The notes: generated by a model not told the origin, from the letters alone. Positions 1 to 13,284 are shown, numbered from the stretch's first letter. The stretch is DNA of 64,000 bases from Camelus dromedarius (GCF_036321535.1 NC_087436.1:113090001-113154000); one strand, 5' to 3'. Program-made: numbers and translations.

Positions 1-174
1 CATTAAAATCCTCATCAGAACTGAGGAGCAAGGTGATGATGGTATGGTGGTGAGTGGCCAGCCGAGGCTTGCGACTCAGTTCATCAAGATGACAACAGGT
101 GTGGATTACAATGGAAAACTACAGTGGCATCACTTTGTAAAGGTTTTTCATTTCATTTCAAAGTCAGAAGCCTC

Positions 175-672
175 ATGGTCCATGGTCCTCAAGGCCCTAC
201 TTGATTGGTCGCCCACCTTCCTCATCTCCCAGACTTCATCTTCCTCTAATCTCCTTCCCACGTCCTCAGCTCCAGTCACTGGAATCCTGGATGTTCCCCA
301 AAGATGCCAGGTATGCTCTGCCTTTGGACCTTCACACTGGCTCTTCCCTCTGCCTAGAACTCTCTTCTCCAAGATGCATACATGTCTCACTCCCTCATCT
401 GCTTATGTCTTTGCTCAGATGCTGCCCCTTCATTAAAACCAACCCTCACCTCCTTACCCAACATTGCGAATGACCTGCTGCTATTCCTGACCCTCCCTCA
501 TTCTGCTCTATTTTTTTCTCTTCTCCAGTCTACTCATCAGCCTCGAACTTACTAGATTATTCTTATTTTTATTGTGCTATTTAAATATTATGTTCATGCA
601 CCTGATAGGATGTAACTCCAGGAGAGCAGAAGCCTTTGGTATCTCCAACAGCCTAGAACAGTGCTTGGCACA
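175..672 (+). mobile_element. L2 LINE 3' fragment
   Basis: Typical L2 3' motifs (ggaccttcacactggctcttccctctgcctagaac ... cagcctagaacagtgcttggcaca). Confidence 0.75.
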
Positions 673-944
673 AAAAAAATTCAGGCTTGGGGAGAAGTTT
701 TTTTGGGGGGAAGGTGTGATTTTTGTGGAAAAAGAACTAGAGAGAAATTATGGAATATGGGAATATTACAAAAGAAAGAGAAAAGAAAGGATTTAGAGAA
801 ATATTCCTGGGGTCTACAGGTCCCTTTTGTGGTGTTTGAGAAATACACATAAAGGGCTTGAGTTGTTTTACTTTCATATGGTCTAGAGTAGTCAAAGTGT
901 TTATTTTTTTTGTACAGATAAAACATGCACAGTCATAAATTTTT

Positions 945-1207
945 GCTATTATTATTATTATTATTACTTTTTAATTGAATTATAGTCATATTACAATGTT
1001 GTGTCAAATTTCCAGTGTAGAGCACAATTTTTCAGTTATACATGAACATACATATATTCATTGTCACCTTTTTTTTCCACTGTGAGCTACCACAAGATCT
1101 TGAATATATTTCCCTGTGCTATACAGTATCATCTTGTTTATCTATTCTGCATATACCTGTCAGTATCTACAAATTTTGAACTCCCAGGTGGGAAGGGACA
1201 GACTAGG
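945..1207 (-). mobile_element. Young lineage L1 3' end, 5'-truncated with short inverted segment
   Basis: Reverse complement closely matches the L1 3'UTR at 27665-27860; (TAT)n/T tail on the left; TSD agtcataaa(a)ttttt at 931-944 and 1208-1222. Confidence 0.85.
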
Positions 1208-1223
1208 AGTCATAAAATTTTTT

Positions 1224-1860
1224 GAAAAAGGATATGCAGTGAAAAGGAAATCTCTTCTTCTTTCCCACCTCCCAGACATCCAGGTTTCCTCTCTAGAGAC
1301 AATCACTGTTGCTAATTTCTTGTGTGTCCTTCTGGCACACTGTATGAACTTCTTGCACTTTGCTTTTTCACTTAGCTTAGAGATCTTTCCATATCAGTAT
1401 ACAGACAGAGCTGCCTCATTTTTTTTTTTTTTAGTAGCTGTAGAACATCCATCATAACTAGTCCCCTACTGATGGACATTTGGGATATTTTTATTCTTGC
1501 GCTATTATAAACCACAGTGCAATGAATATTTGTATATATCTCCATATATATACTCCTTGCACTATGGTTCATGACAGAAGCAGCAAATAACTTTTCCCAG
1601 TTTGTTTTTTCACTTTGTACATGTGTTTTTAAAAATATTTTTATCATGAAAACTTTTTTTTTTGAGGTTCAACTGTGTTTAGGCGTTCCCCACTTTGAGA
1701 TGATAAAAAGAATTCTCCTACTTTCAGTTCTTTGTTTCATTTTTTAAAAACATTTCAAACTTGAGGCCTTGGAATTTTTCTGATAAAAAGTGTGAGATAA
1801 GGATCCACCTTACATTTTCAACACCTTGTAATGAATAATCCATCCTTCACCCGCTGTCTG
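1224..1860 (-). mobile_element. Ancient L1 (L1ME/L1MC-like) 3' region; begins ~900 and is interrupted by the young L1
   Basis: tccccta ctgatggacatttggg, ctattataaaccacagtgcaatgaata and tgtgagataaggatcc are old L1 antisense motifs. Confidence 0.6.
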
Positions 1861-1929
1861 ACTGGTTTACAATGAGTTTGGTTATTTTGGCTTGGAATGA
1901 ACTGAGTCATGGCTCTATACACATTACAA

Positions 1930-2062
1930 CATTTTAAAACAACTTATTTGGGATTTAACTTAGCACATCATAAAACTGACCGATTTAATGTTCTAATCTA
2001 ATTTTAGAACATTTTCAAAACTACAGAAAGAAACCTCATGCACATTAGCAGTCACTCCTCAT
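1930..2062 (-). mobile_element. L1MB-like 3' end fragment
   Basis: aattttagaacattttc...gaaacctcatgcacattagcagtcactcc. Confidence 0.55.
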
Positions 2063-2064
2063 AC

Positions 2065-2460
2065 AAAAAACTTTGAAGGATTGCATTGAATTATGCAAAT
2101 TTATGTAGAATGTGTGCTCAAATGTATTTCTTCCACGAATATGCTCCTTTGGAGTTAGACAATCAAAGCTCTGGAAATATTGTTAATTTGAACAGATCTG
2201 TCCTGGATGTTAATTGTAAATGACTCTCCTATTTTTCTGTAGGAATTACAAAGTAGCAGGTCTTTAATTTCTTAAAAACATACTTAAAAAATTACTTTGT
2301 GGTACTGTAGATTTCAAAGCCTTCATGTTAATGTGTGTTTTGAATCTGTAGGGCAGAAACGTAGTGTCAGTGTTTTGTAAGATTTTTAAGCCATAGAAAC
2401 CTTTGTTTTTGCTGCACTAGCTGTGGAAAACATTTGGAGAAATACTAAATAGATCAGTGC
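2065..2460. mobile_element. Possible hAT-Charlie-type DNA transposon remnant
   Basis: AT-rich block ending in aaaacatttggagaaatact, resembling Charlie/MER termini; family not firmly recognised. Confidence 0.25.
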
Positions 2461-2521
2461 ATAGATTCAAGTTTGAGATCTTTTTGTAAATAGCATGTTT
2501 TTTCTTTATTTTAAAATAAAA

Positions 2522-3995
2522 TAAACTCATGCATACATGGTCAACTAATCCTTGACAAGGGAGCTAAGAGTACTCAGCAGGCAAAAAACAGTCTCTTCAA
2601 AAAATGGTGTTGGCAAAACTGGATATTCATATGCAATGAAATGAAACTGGAACCCTATCTCACACCACTCAGAAATGAACTCAAAATGTATTAAAGACTT
2701 AAATCTAAGGCCCAAGACATAAAACCTCTGGAAGAACACAGGGAAAAAGCCCTATGACCCTGGCCTTGGCAACCGTTTTTTTGGACGTGACACCAAAGGC
2801 ATAAACAACAAAAGCAAAAATAGACAAGTCAGGCTACATCAAACTAAAAAGCTTCTGCAAAGCAAAAGAAATGGTCAACAGAATGAAAAGACAACCTATG
2901 GATTGGGGGAAAATATTTGCAAATCATGTATCTGATAAGGGGTTAATATCCAAAATACATTGAACAAAACTCTTACAACTCAATAGTAAAAACCAAATAA
3001 GCCAATTAAAATGGGCAAAATATCTGAAATGACATTTTTCCAAAGGAGACATACAGGTGGACAGTAGGTACGTGGAGAGATGCTCAACATCACTAATCAT
3101 CAGGGAAATGCAAATCCAAACCACAGTGAGGCCCCACCTGTTAGCATGGCTGTCATCAAGAAGAGAAGAGGTAACAAGTCTTGGTAAGAACGTGGAGAAA
3201 AGGAACACTACGCACTGTTGGTGAGAAAATAAATCCGTACAGCCACTAGGGAATCTTGAGATTCCTCAAGAAATTAAAAACAGAACTACTATATGATCTA
3301 GCAGCCTCACTTTTGCATAGTATATATCTGAAGGAAATGAAAATCATTGCCTTGAAGAGCTATCTGAATTCCCATGTTCATTGCAGAATTATTCACAATA
3401 GCCAAGACATGGGAGCAGCTTAAGTTTCCATTGACAGACGAATGGGTAAGGAAAATGTGGTAAATATATATTTATACATATAATACACACTGAAATGCTA
3501 TTCAGCCACTAAAAAGAAGGAAATTCTGTCAATTGTGAAAACATGGATGAAGCTTGAAGGCATTATGCTAAGTGAAATAAATCAGACAGAGGAAGACAAA
3601 GGATCTTGCTTATATGTGAAATCTAAAAAGCCTAACTCATAGAAACAAAGTAGAATGGTGGTTACCAGGGGCTGAAGTGTGGGGGAACAAGCTTTTGATC
3701 AATGGGTACAAATAAAGGATCTTCCATTACGAGATGAGTATGTCTCGGGGATCTAATGTACAGCATGGTGTCTGTAATTAATAATACTGTATCATATACT
3801 TTAAAGTTGCTGAGAGAGATCTTAAATGCTCTCACTAATCATACAAAAAAAGATAATTATGTGAAGTGATGGATGTGTTAACTAATCTTATTGTGGTAAT
3901 TTTGCAATACATATGTGTACCAAATTTTCATGGTTTACACCTTAAACACTCACAATATTATATATCAATTATATCACAATAAAGCTGAAAAAAAT
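2522..3995 (+). mobile_element. L1 (L1MA9/10-like) ORF2 3' part plus 3'UTR, degenerate
   Basis: catggtcaactaatccttgacaaggg...aaatggtgttggcaaaactggata; 3' end tatatcaattatatcacaataaagctgaaaaaaa. Confidence 0.9.
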
Positions 3996-4004
3996 TTAAA
4001 TGTA

Positions 4005-4658
4005 GCTGAAGTAAATGTAAAATAGTCCAGCTGCTGTACAAAACAATATGGTGAGTCCTCAAAAAATTAATAGAGATTTACCATATATTCAGCAATTCCA
4101 ATTCGAGTATACCCAAAAGTAGTGAAGGAAGGGTCTCAAATGGATATCTGTACCCCCATATTCACAGCAGCATTATTCACAATAGCCAAAAGGTGGAAGA
4201 AACCAAAGTGTCCATCAACAGATGAATGGATGAACAAAATATGGTACATATATAAATGGAATATTACACACCCTTCAAAAGGAAGAAATTTTTGACACAT
4301 ATTACAAGAGGGATGCATCCTGAAGACTTTAATGCCAAGTGAAATAAGCCAGTCACAAAAGGACAAAAGTTGTATGATTCTACCTATCTGATATATACAG
4401 AATAGTCAAAACTGTAGAGACAAAAAATAGAAGCATGGTTGCCAAGGGCTGGGGGTCAGTTGGGGGGTGAGGAGTTAGTGTTTAATGAGGACAGAGGTTC
4501 AGCTGGAGAAGATGAAAAGTTCTGGAGATGGATGGGGGTGTGACGGTGTGATGGTGGTATAGCATTGTGAATATACCTCATGCCATGAGACTATAGACTT
4601 AAAAGTGGCAAATTTTGTTATGCATATTTTACCACAATAAAAAAAAACTAAAAAAAGA
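4005..4658 (+). mobile_element. L1MB-like 3' end
   Basis: ccaaagtgtccatcaacagatgaatggat...tgcatattttaccacaataaaaaaa. Confidence 0.85.
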
Positions 4659-4729
4659 TGAATTGGGATGTATGGAACACATTAGTATTCTTATTACTGA
4701 GGTAGGTGCTCTAAAGACGCCATTTCTCA

Positions 4730-4771
4730 CTCCCCACACCACTTTTAAGACTCCCCACACCACTTTTAAGA
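4730..4771. repeat. 21-bp perfect tandem duplication
   Basis: ctccccacaccacttttaaga x2. Confidence 0.9.
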
Positions 4772-4784
4772 AGTAGGGGCTGGT

Positions 4785-4900
4785 TCCTTCACTTTACAAA
4801 TAAGAAAACAGAGAGTCTGAGGGCTCAAGTCTACCCAGCTCTAAAGATGGCACAGGCAGGATTTGAACCAAGCTCTTTGGTCTCTAAACCCTTGGGTTTT
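4785..4900 (-). mobile_element. MIR SINE fragment
   Basis: actttacaaataagaaaacagag...ggcaggatttgaaccaag. Confidence 0.6.
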
Positions 4901-5499
4901 CCCCTACATCACATGAGGGAAATTGGAATGTTCATGACAAAGGGCTGGCCTCAATTACTAATTCAAGTTGAAAATGTGTTTGGCCTGGAAATGATTAGAA
5001 AGAGGATAGGTAACCATGGCAGCCAAAATGGGACACAGCCTTGTCCTTCAGGGAAGAGATTTCACAACAGCAGGCTTTGTCCTTCTCTGGCTGCACTAGG
5101 AGTGGCACTGCTGGCAAGACAGGATGGGACCTCAGGTGTTCACGTCCCAGTGCTTTCTGGTTGGTGCTTCCTCAGCTCTGCCTTTGGGGCTCCAGTTTTC
5201 CCCTTCAGAACTGCTTCTCCTGTTGGCCATGAACTCCCTTCCCCTCTCCTGTCACTACCACACCCTGCAGAACCAGAGCACACTGTGTTACGGCTAACTA
5301 TTGCTTTTTCTCCACCCAGATGTTAACTCTGTCACCAACACTTAGGACAAAGACTGGTCTACAGTAGAGGCTCATCAAAGGTTGAACGAAGGAAAATAAT
5401 TACCCATCAATATTTATTTTTGTCAACAGTTCATGATTTATAAAGGTTTGGCTGCTTTTGGTAAAGGGATAGGATGTCACCAACAGTAATCAATCCTGA

Positions 5500-5670
5500 C
5501 ATGTGTCAAACATTTTGTTGTCCACAGAGCAATGTTAAGCCCATATCATCTTCCCAAAGACCCTTTTGCAGTAGGTTGGACAGGGAACCAATATCCAGAG
5601 AAGTCAGGTGACTTGTCTATGGTCACAAAACTAGTGTCAGACCAGAGATTTGAACCCAGGTCTTCAGTTT
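5500..5670 (-). mobile_element. MIR SINE fragment
   Basis: gtgacttgtctatggtcacaaaactagt...gatttgaacccaggtct. Confidence 0.6.
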
Positions 5671-8600
5671 CATGGATTTTTCTTTCAGAGGCATCTGTTT
5701 AATAAACTCAAAAGCTACCGTAATGACACAGGACGTTGCAGCTACATTTGCTAAAATTCTAAAAAAAAAAAAAGAGTAAACACCATACCTTGCTCTGGGA
5801 TGGTAGGTTGCTCCAGAATTCTAAATCCACAAGAGACTGAGGATCTTTCATGAGAGCTCAGAGAAAAAACTTGCTTTGGTACCAGACAGAAAAACAGATC
5901 CAAGTTCTCAGAGGTTTCCAAATAGTTGTGCTAAAAATAATTCTCTCCTTTCGTCCCAAAGAGCCAGAGGCCCTGGAAGTCATTCATTGGGTGAGGCTCG
6001 ATCCGGGCCAGTTAAAATCACGGTTTTGTTTGAGATAAACCTTAAAGTGCCTGCTTTCCTTGATCGTTAAGTGTAGAGGCGCCTCCATCTCTGTGTGTTG
6101 TGGCCTCGTTTTCAGATTTGTTTACTTAAGTTATCCTCTCTTCATTTGTTTTCCGCTGAGTGGATGTCACAGGAAAAAAAATTAGTCACTGGTTGGAAAT
6201 TAGTTATTAACTGAGAGAAAAGAGTCTTTTCCTACTTGAGAATTTTCGATACAGAATCTTCAGATTCTGGACGGAGGATTGTGTCTTGTGGGATACCAGG
6301 GAGAGTGGCCCCACTCCGGGTAAATACGGCAGGAGAACGGCCCCTCACCCTATGTGCTGCAAAGTGAAAGAGGATGATGAGTCCCGTGCTGATGTTTTCT
6401 TTGTTCTCTGCTGAATGGATAAATGATTGGGGATTTGTAGGGAAGACTAATGTCTTTGTTCCTATAGAGAGCTGATCACAACAAACTCAAAAGGCAGAAT
6501 GGTTCTCCAAACCCCCTGACGACTCATCTTCAGTGCAATCAATTTCTCTTTGTCCTTTTGATAGGAACCTCATGTATCTCCTTAGCAACAGCAATGTGTG
6601 ATTCATGCTGTCATTTATGGAAATAAAGTGACCCCAAATTTCTTTTTACCTTGCTGTCCCCAATGTTCTTCTCAAGCTATTGAGAATGCAAATTGGAAGA
6701 AATGCTTCCAGTCGGGGAAGTGGGCATTAATCACAAATGTGATCAAGAAGATCGGCAGGTTCCCCATTCCAATAAGCTTTATTTTGCCTTAGCTATCCAC
6801 CCTCCCAGCCGGAGGAAACAGTCTTTTGAATTTGTTGGCTGTTCAAAATCTGAAGGCCATCGCTGGGCAGTGAAGACCATGCCTTGTGCAGAGAAGTGAG
6901 GCACAGTTTTCGGTGAAATTAGAGTAGGACCTTAATCAGAGAGAGTCCCTGGGTTTGTTTTCTCATCCTCAAAATACAATGGTTGTCTTTGATCATTTCT
7001 GAGTTTTCTCACAGTTCTTAATATTCTCTCATCTTGTGCCTGGTGAGTTAGAGCTTAAAAAATAATGCCAGAACCTCATACGCAGAGGTAGAGCTCCAGG
7101 TCAGCTTGAAGGAGATGTTTGTTGTTATTGAGAGCAGCCACTCAAGTGTCTCTTCTCTCTAGTGCATAAAAGGAGGCACTTGCCAGTGGCTCGAGGAAGG
7201 TTTTCCTCTCAGGGACACTTGGCTGGAGAGGGGTTGAGGTTACTTGCTTAAAGTATCCAGGGCCCTTTGGAAAGGAAAACACCAAGGACCAAACTCCTTC
7301 TCTCCAAAATGTAAATTTAGGGAAATTAGTCATTGACAGCAGGGTTGTTGGCCTGGTCCAAAGCCTGCTGTGAAGAAAGGACACTGTGGACCACAGAATG
7401 GAATTGGCCAGGTGGTACGTGGGGCTCTGGGCCAACAGGCCTAAAGGATTTTGGAGTGGCAGAGTATGCGAATGAGGCTGGAAGTTTGCCTTCTTTCTGT
7501 CATTCTGCCATAGCAGCTATCCTTTGGGAAACAGTGGATGAACAGATGACGGTGAATTGAAAGGGTCGTCACACTGAAGCTTAGTAAGAGGGTGAGACCG
7601 GGGTCAGCAAGAGCATCTCCTACCAACGGACAAGCATGTCTTAGACTCTGCACAGTTAGTGTTCAACAGTGGAGCAGTTTGGTGGCGGCTAAATCAGCTG
7701 GGCGAGTGGACAATCAAAGGTTTTGTTTTTCACTTTCTGCCTGGGTTAGAATTAGGAATGATCCCATTGGAACCAACCAAGAAAGCCCCTAGAATTCTTA
7801 GATCATTCGTGGAGGGGAGGATTTAGACCTTGACTAGTCTACCTGCTAATAAAAGTAAGTGGGATCCTGAGAACGAATTGGAAGGAAAAAAAACGGCATG
7901 ACTGCATTTGAACTTGAACTGGCAAAAAGATCCTAGAGGATAAATGCTTTCATTAGTTCACTCCTAGCATAAGATCACAGAACAACCCACTGTCACGTGT
8001 AAGGAAGCCCTGCCTATCTGACTTAAAGGAACCTCCCCACACTACCCACTGAGATCTTCTAAAAGGCTGAACTAGAATAGCTGTCCTTATAATCTTAATT
8101 TCAGGGCTGCCACCTTTGGAGATGTTCATTTATTTGTATACAAGCGATGAATTCTTAAGAGGCTTTTCTCATCCACTGGTCTTTGGGTTGACACAATCTC
8201 TGTCAAAGAGCTTAGAAATGGATGCGTTTCTTGCCACCCAAAAGAGATAGATGTGCTCATATTTTCCTGTCTTAATGTGGCCAAGTGCTGATACAATTTA
8301 CGGGTGTTCACATTTGCCTTTTCTGAGTCATTCACAACTTCCTTCAATTACCTTTAGTGTTTGATGGTAAGGTTTCAGATATTATTAAAGTGTCTCAGTA
8401 TTTTTTTTCATTCTGCAATATTTGATGTTTTTCTTTATTATTTCTCATCTCAGGTAACTTATACTCTGTATCTTCCTGGACTAACTCTTCTTCACAGATA
8501 GAACAAACCTTTGAAATTGTCTCCCTGATCTTTCAGACCTCAGATGCAGCCACAGCTTGTGAGTGCCTATCACTCAGTCATTTTCACACTTATTCTAGAG

Positions 8601-8839
8601 GCAGTGGCAAAACACGATGGGTAGAAACATACACTGAAGGGAGGAGTGCTGGCTTAGAGTAAAAATCTGGATTCAATTTTCACCTGCCACTCAGCCAAGG
8701 TCAAGGCCTTATTCTTTCCTAGGCAGATTTATTTTTTCCTTCCAGCCTGTACTTTTGTTTTCCTGCCGCCTTACCTCACTTTTCAACTGAACTTAGTTCA
8801 CTCTAGACCAATCCAATCAACACTCACAGAATATCTAAC

Positions 8840-9018
8840 AGTCTGCTGGTAAACCAGCTCTTGAGAGAAAGGTTGGGATTTGTAGCTTCATCAATTTCCT
8901 TGGTGTGGAGACTCCCACCACGGCCAATTTCAAACTCACAACCTGATCCTCACTGAATGCAAAGCTGTGTGGATTTGGCCCTTGTTAGCCAGTCTAAGCT
9001 GACTCAGCACATCACTGG
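8840..9018 (-). mobile_element. MER63A-like hAT-Blackjack non-autonomous DNA transposon
   Basis: cagt..tgctggtaaaccagctc ... ctcccaccacggccaatttcaa ... cagcacatcactg; terminal inverted repeats CAGT(G)/CACTG. Confidence 0.75.
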
Positions 9019-9564
9019 GAACATATATAAGCCTATTCCAGACACTAAAATTATTTTAAAAAAAAAGAAGTTTCTAGCTGATACATCGTGTGCACTTACG
9101 AGCTGAGATATTACATCACTTTCTCCTTTAATGCTCACCTCTCGAGGTGAGTAGTTTTATGGCCTCCTTCTGTAGGTGAGGAATCTGGGCAGTCTGATCC
9201 GCAGCTGGCCCACTTAACCCCTAGGATGTTGCTAACTTTACGAGACCGGGTTTCTGCATCTAAAAGGCTGGCAGGCAGGTGGACTGCTCCCCTGACTCCG
9301 CCTCCTCTTCCCCAGACCACTGGGGCAGGGCAGGAATCTAATTTCTCCCTAGCCTCAGTGCTCTGCTTTTATCATCTCCTCTGGCCTGCAGGTCCAAGCC
9401 AGCCGTGTCTTTCCCGTGCCCCTTTCTTCATCTGCTCACTTTTGTCCTCCTAATGCGTCGCTTTCTCCAGGAAGTCTCCCTGACACTCAGCAGGTACAGC
9501 CTTGCCGTCCCACGACCCCTCCCAGCACGTTATGGGATCTCTCTTATGCACCTTAGCTCATGCA

Positions 9565-9672
9565 TTCTTAACTAGGTCTATTGAATCAGCATGCCAGCGG
9601 GTTAGCTCTACATGTTTATATTTTTCAAAAGCTCTATTGGTAGTTCTGATAGGCAGCCAGGCACTGGGGATC
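9565..9672. mobile_element. MER5-type hAT-Charlie fragment
   Basis: ctattgaatcag...ttttcaaaagctc...ggtagttctgataggcagccagg. Confidence 0.5.
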
Positions 9673-9779
9673 TTTGCCACGTCTGCTTTTGCTCAGATGA
9701 TGCCTCCTCGGTTAGTCCTTCCAAACCAGGGAGTTTCAGTGATAGAAATCTGATCTGGTCTTCTCACTCTTTCCTCCTG

Positions 9780-11560
9780 TTCTTTTAGTCATCATCTCAT
9801 CACATACGTGTTGAGCTCCTGCTATGTGCCAGATACTGAATGCGTGATTCAATGGAGAGCAAATACGGAGTCCTTAGAGAGAGAAAGTCTAGTGGGGAAG
9901 ACACACTCATCAAATGATCACAAAACTATGTTTAACAGAATGTTAATTGGGACTTTCCATCAGCTTGCAGTTTCAATTGAGGACTCAGAGCACAGACTAA
10001 TGGGCAATCAGTGCCCACACATCCATTTAAGACTTGCTAAAAACCAGCTGGTTCTGATACTGGCCATTGTCCACTTTTATCCATATAAGAGAAAATAAGA
10101 AGTTCAAAAAGGATTAATGATTGGAGAAAGCCATCAAGGTAGAGAGCAATTAGCTGATGAAGGAGTGCTGAGGACCTCGCCCCTCTCTCCTACAACCTGC
10201 CCCCAGCCTGGTGGCGAGGACCTTGAGAGATCACTGATAGTAGCAAGAGGTTCCTGCAAGAAAGAAACCATCTTGCTCTCCAGTTGGATGTTAACTGAGT
10301 CATGAAACTGAGAGCCTTGCAGCTCTCTTGGGATCAGAGAAATGCGGGGGCGCTTGACTCATCCCTAAAGTTTGATGTCTTATGTGATCATAGAAACTAG
10401 GGAATTCTGAAGGCAGGAGGCTGTCAGGAGAAGAGAGAGCAGTGTAGAAGTGGCAGTTGGAGAGGCAAGGATGTATGAATTTCCCAAGAGGCAGATGGTA
10501 CTGAGGGTGGCAGCTGGGACTCGGCCATTTAAGTGGGACCTCTTCAGCCAGGAGAGTCTCCTAGGGTGAGAAAGCCAGTCAGAAGCCACTGAATATGTCA
10601 CTGAGTACAGAAGCTGAGGCTGGTGTAGGGGCCATGCATGGTATCACTCAAGGAGTTTATCACCCATATCAAGAACCTGTATAGTGTGGAAGTCCCTCAG
10701 AAAGCCTCTAATGGCCCCAGGAATGCGTTCTACCAGAAAGAGCCAGCGTTTGAATACCTAGGACGTACAGCAAGTATTGGCAGCCAGGAAAGAACCGCAC
10801 AAGTAGCACCGATTAAGGAAAAGTACTTGACTCACCTTTTTCTAATTTTCCTATCTTCTGATCTGACTTGAGACATGCCCAAAGTGGCAGAAGAGCTAGG
10901 ACACGGGGGAAGATGAGAGAGCATAATAACCTACTCTGAGCCGAAGACTTGGGAAGGACAAGCTTTGGATTGGGTATGATATTGAAGTGTTGATTTAGAT
11001 TTGTCTTTTTAATATCTGAAAATGAGTCACAGTTGATTAATGAGATTGTTCATGTAAACGAAAGTGACAAGAAGCTGAGGAATTTGCCTGAGTTGTCACA
11101 AAAGGGCAGGGGAAAGATCCAACAGAATGTGACTGGAAGAAGTGGTGGGAGGAGAATGAAATGGTTTCTAATCTGTATCATACTAAGGACAGAGAAGATC
11201 ATTTGATAAATTTGGTAAATGCTGGAGAGTGTTCTGAAGGGAAAGTAAAGGGTATTATGGGAGAGTTTAGCAGAGCCACCTCATTGAGACTTAGGGCTGT
11301 CTGAAGAAATGGCATCTGACCTGAAATATAAAAGGGGAGAAGAATTAACCAAGAAGAAAAATTGGAAAACACTTTGAGGCTGAGGGAGTGAAATGTGCAA
11401 AGGCCCCGAGGTAGAAGAGGATGATTTTGAAAGAAGGTCATTGAAATTCAGGCACAAAGGAGAGCATAAGCCTAGAAGGAGGATGTGCCTGGAACAGACA
11501 GGGTGCTGCTGGCCATGGAAGTTTCTGGGCTTCATCATGAAGGGATGTGGGCAGAGTTTT
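9780..11560 (-). mobile_element. L2 LINE (9780-9928 and ~11222-11560) split by an LTR
   Basis: ttgagctcctgctatgtgccagatactg; resumes with gagtgttctgaagggaaag...aaatgtgcaaaggccccgagg. Confidence 0.65.
9929..11221 (+). mobile_element. LTR78-like ancient solo LTR
   Basis: Starts TG (tgtttaacagaatgttaattggg); 3' part ttttaatatctgaaa...aatttgcctgagttgtca...gatccaacaga resembles LTR78; interrupts an L2. Confidence 0.5.
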
Positions 11561-11779
11561 ATGAGTTAGGCTGTCAACTCTCCCTTGAGCCCAGTTGATT
11601 GCAATAATCAAGTTGATACAAGTAGAGGTGATGCTTGTTGCCACTTTCCTGGCTTTTCAAGGTGACGTCAACAAGCTATACAGAATCCGTTTGGTTTATG
11701 AACTGAATCTGCTTTCATTGTTGAGAAAGATGTAAGTTCTTGTGAGAAAAGTCTTTTGCATATTTCAGAAAAGGTGGTT

Positions 11780-12090
11780 CACGCACGCACTGAATGAAGT
11801 GTCACTGACCCCTACCGTGCGCTGGGTGCTGCCCCAGGACCAGGAGAGAGGGAGTTGAAAGAGGAAGGCAGGGGTCTAAGGCACGTGGAGCTCATGTTCT
11901 AGAGGGAATTTCGTGTCTTTAGGGAAGGAAGGGGTCTCTGAGGGCACCTGCCTGACTTTCCCATTTTATAGCTGAGAAAACGGGTTCAGTGAAAAGTGAC
12001 ACTTCCAAATGTCTTGTTTATATGTAAGACCAGAAGTAGGACTCGGGTTCCCCAGATCATTTCCAAGATTATCTCCTCTGTGTAGCATCG
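11780..12090 (-). mobile_element. L2 and MIR fragments
   Basis: ggagctcatgttctagaggg (L2); cccattttatagctgagaaaac (MIR). Confidence 0.55.
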
Positions 12091-12259
12091 CCTGTCACCA
12101 TGACCTGATTCTTGACTTCATGTGGGGAAGACACTGCAGTATTTTTTTTTATGAACATAAATCTCCATTATTGTGGATAACTAAGAATTAATATGATTGT
12201 ATTATCCCGTATCATAGTCCTTGATTCTCGCCTTTCTGCCCTGAACATCCATTCTTATA

Positions 12260-12505
12260 TTTTAAGAAAGTTCTTAAAAATTACAGGAAAACTTTAAACT
12301 TTAAACATACACAACAGGAGAGGTCAAATGGACAATGAGCTGCTCCACAGTTACCCGAGCGGAACACTGTTTCAACAACACCCCTGCTCGCATATCCTCA
12401 CTTTCCCCGGCCCCTGCAGTCGGTAGGTTTTAAAGCTAATTCCACACATCATATCATCTATTACATAACTATTTCAGGAAAACCTAGGACTTTTTATCAC
12501 CCTGG
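12260..12505 (-). mobile_element. Old L1ME 3' end
   Basis: aaaactttaaac...ttttaaagctaattccacacatcatatcat. Confidence 0.45.
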
Positions 12506-13284
12506 ATACTAAACAGCACAGTGACTGACACCACGCAGCTTCAGTGGCCCTTGGGACTTTTAAAACCCCAAATGGGCGTCCTTTAGAGAAGTCAAAAATG
12601 TCTTAAAAGCACTTTGCTCACCAACTGCTATACTGTGCGCTCAGAGTTCCGAAACGTAATTTTATGCGGTTGTCAAGCTTTCTCAGTGAGTTTTTCGGAG
12701 TTCTTGGGATGCTCTCCAATGGCTTGTTACAGAAATTCCAAGAAACCCTGAGGCTCGTTAAAGGCCTGTCTGTGGGCCCATGTGTTCCGGGAGAGAATCG
12801 GCCCTCAGTCCCGCCACACATGGAGGATGAGTGATGCTGCTGACTGGGCTTTGGTTTTGGGGTTTTGCTAACAGAACCTGTCATGCTGTCCTAAGATCAT
12901 TTAGGAAACATGACAGAACTGGCATCCTCTTTAAAATGTCAGGTAATCCTGGAATCTTGGGGTGAGAAAGTTTGTAGGGTGATCTGAGTTGTCTTGGGAC
13001 CTTAAGGGTTAGCAGGTACCAAGTGGAGGCAGTCTGCCCTGGGGCGGATCTCAGCGAGGCTGGGCGCCTCAGCCTCCTTCCCCACTGCGGTGCAGAGGAA
13101 CAGAGAGGCAGCAGGAAAACCTAACCTGCAACGCAGACACCAGGCCCAGACGTCCGCCTCTTTGCTCCACCTCCTCTCTGCTTCCTGTAGCGCTGACTTC
13201 AATTTGCACGTTTTCCTGAGAAGTGGTTAGCCTATGAGAGATTTTGCTTTTTTGGTTTTTAATTTTTGGTGTGTCTGTTCCTTT

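Noticed and set aside
44..473. 130-aa and 90-aa ORFs at the window start
   Set aside because: They run into an L2 remnant and resemble no known protein
4847..5326. 159-aa ORF
   Set aside because: Starts inside a MIR; no homology or splice signals recognised
6650..6676. 27-nt minus-strand micro-exon (LEKNIGDSK)
   Set aside because: Weak donor (GTAAAA); such AG..GT pairs arise by chance and there is no independent support
9139..9169. 31-nt minus-strand exon candidate
   Set aside because: Short pyrimidine tract; gives a stop if joined after the 29-nt candidate; unsupported
12618..12884. 88-aa minus ORF ending near a GTGAGC donor-like site
   Set aside because: No credible acceptor and no recognisable protein similarity
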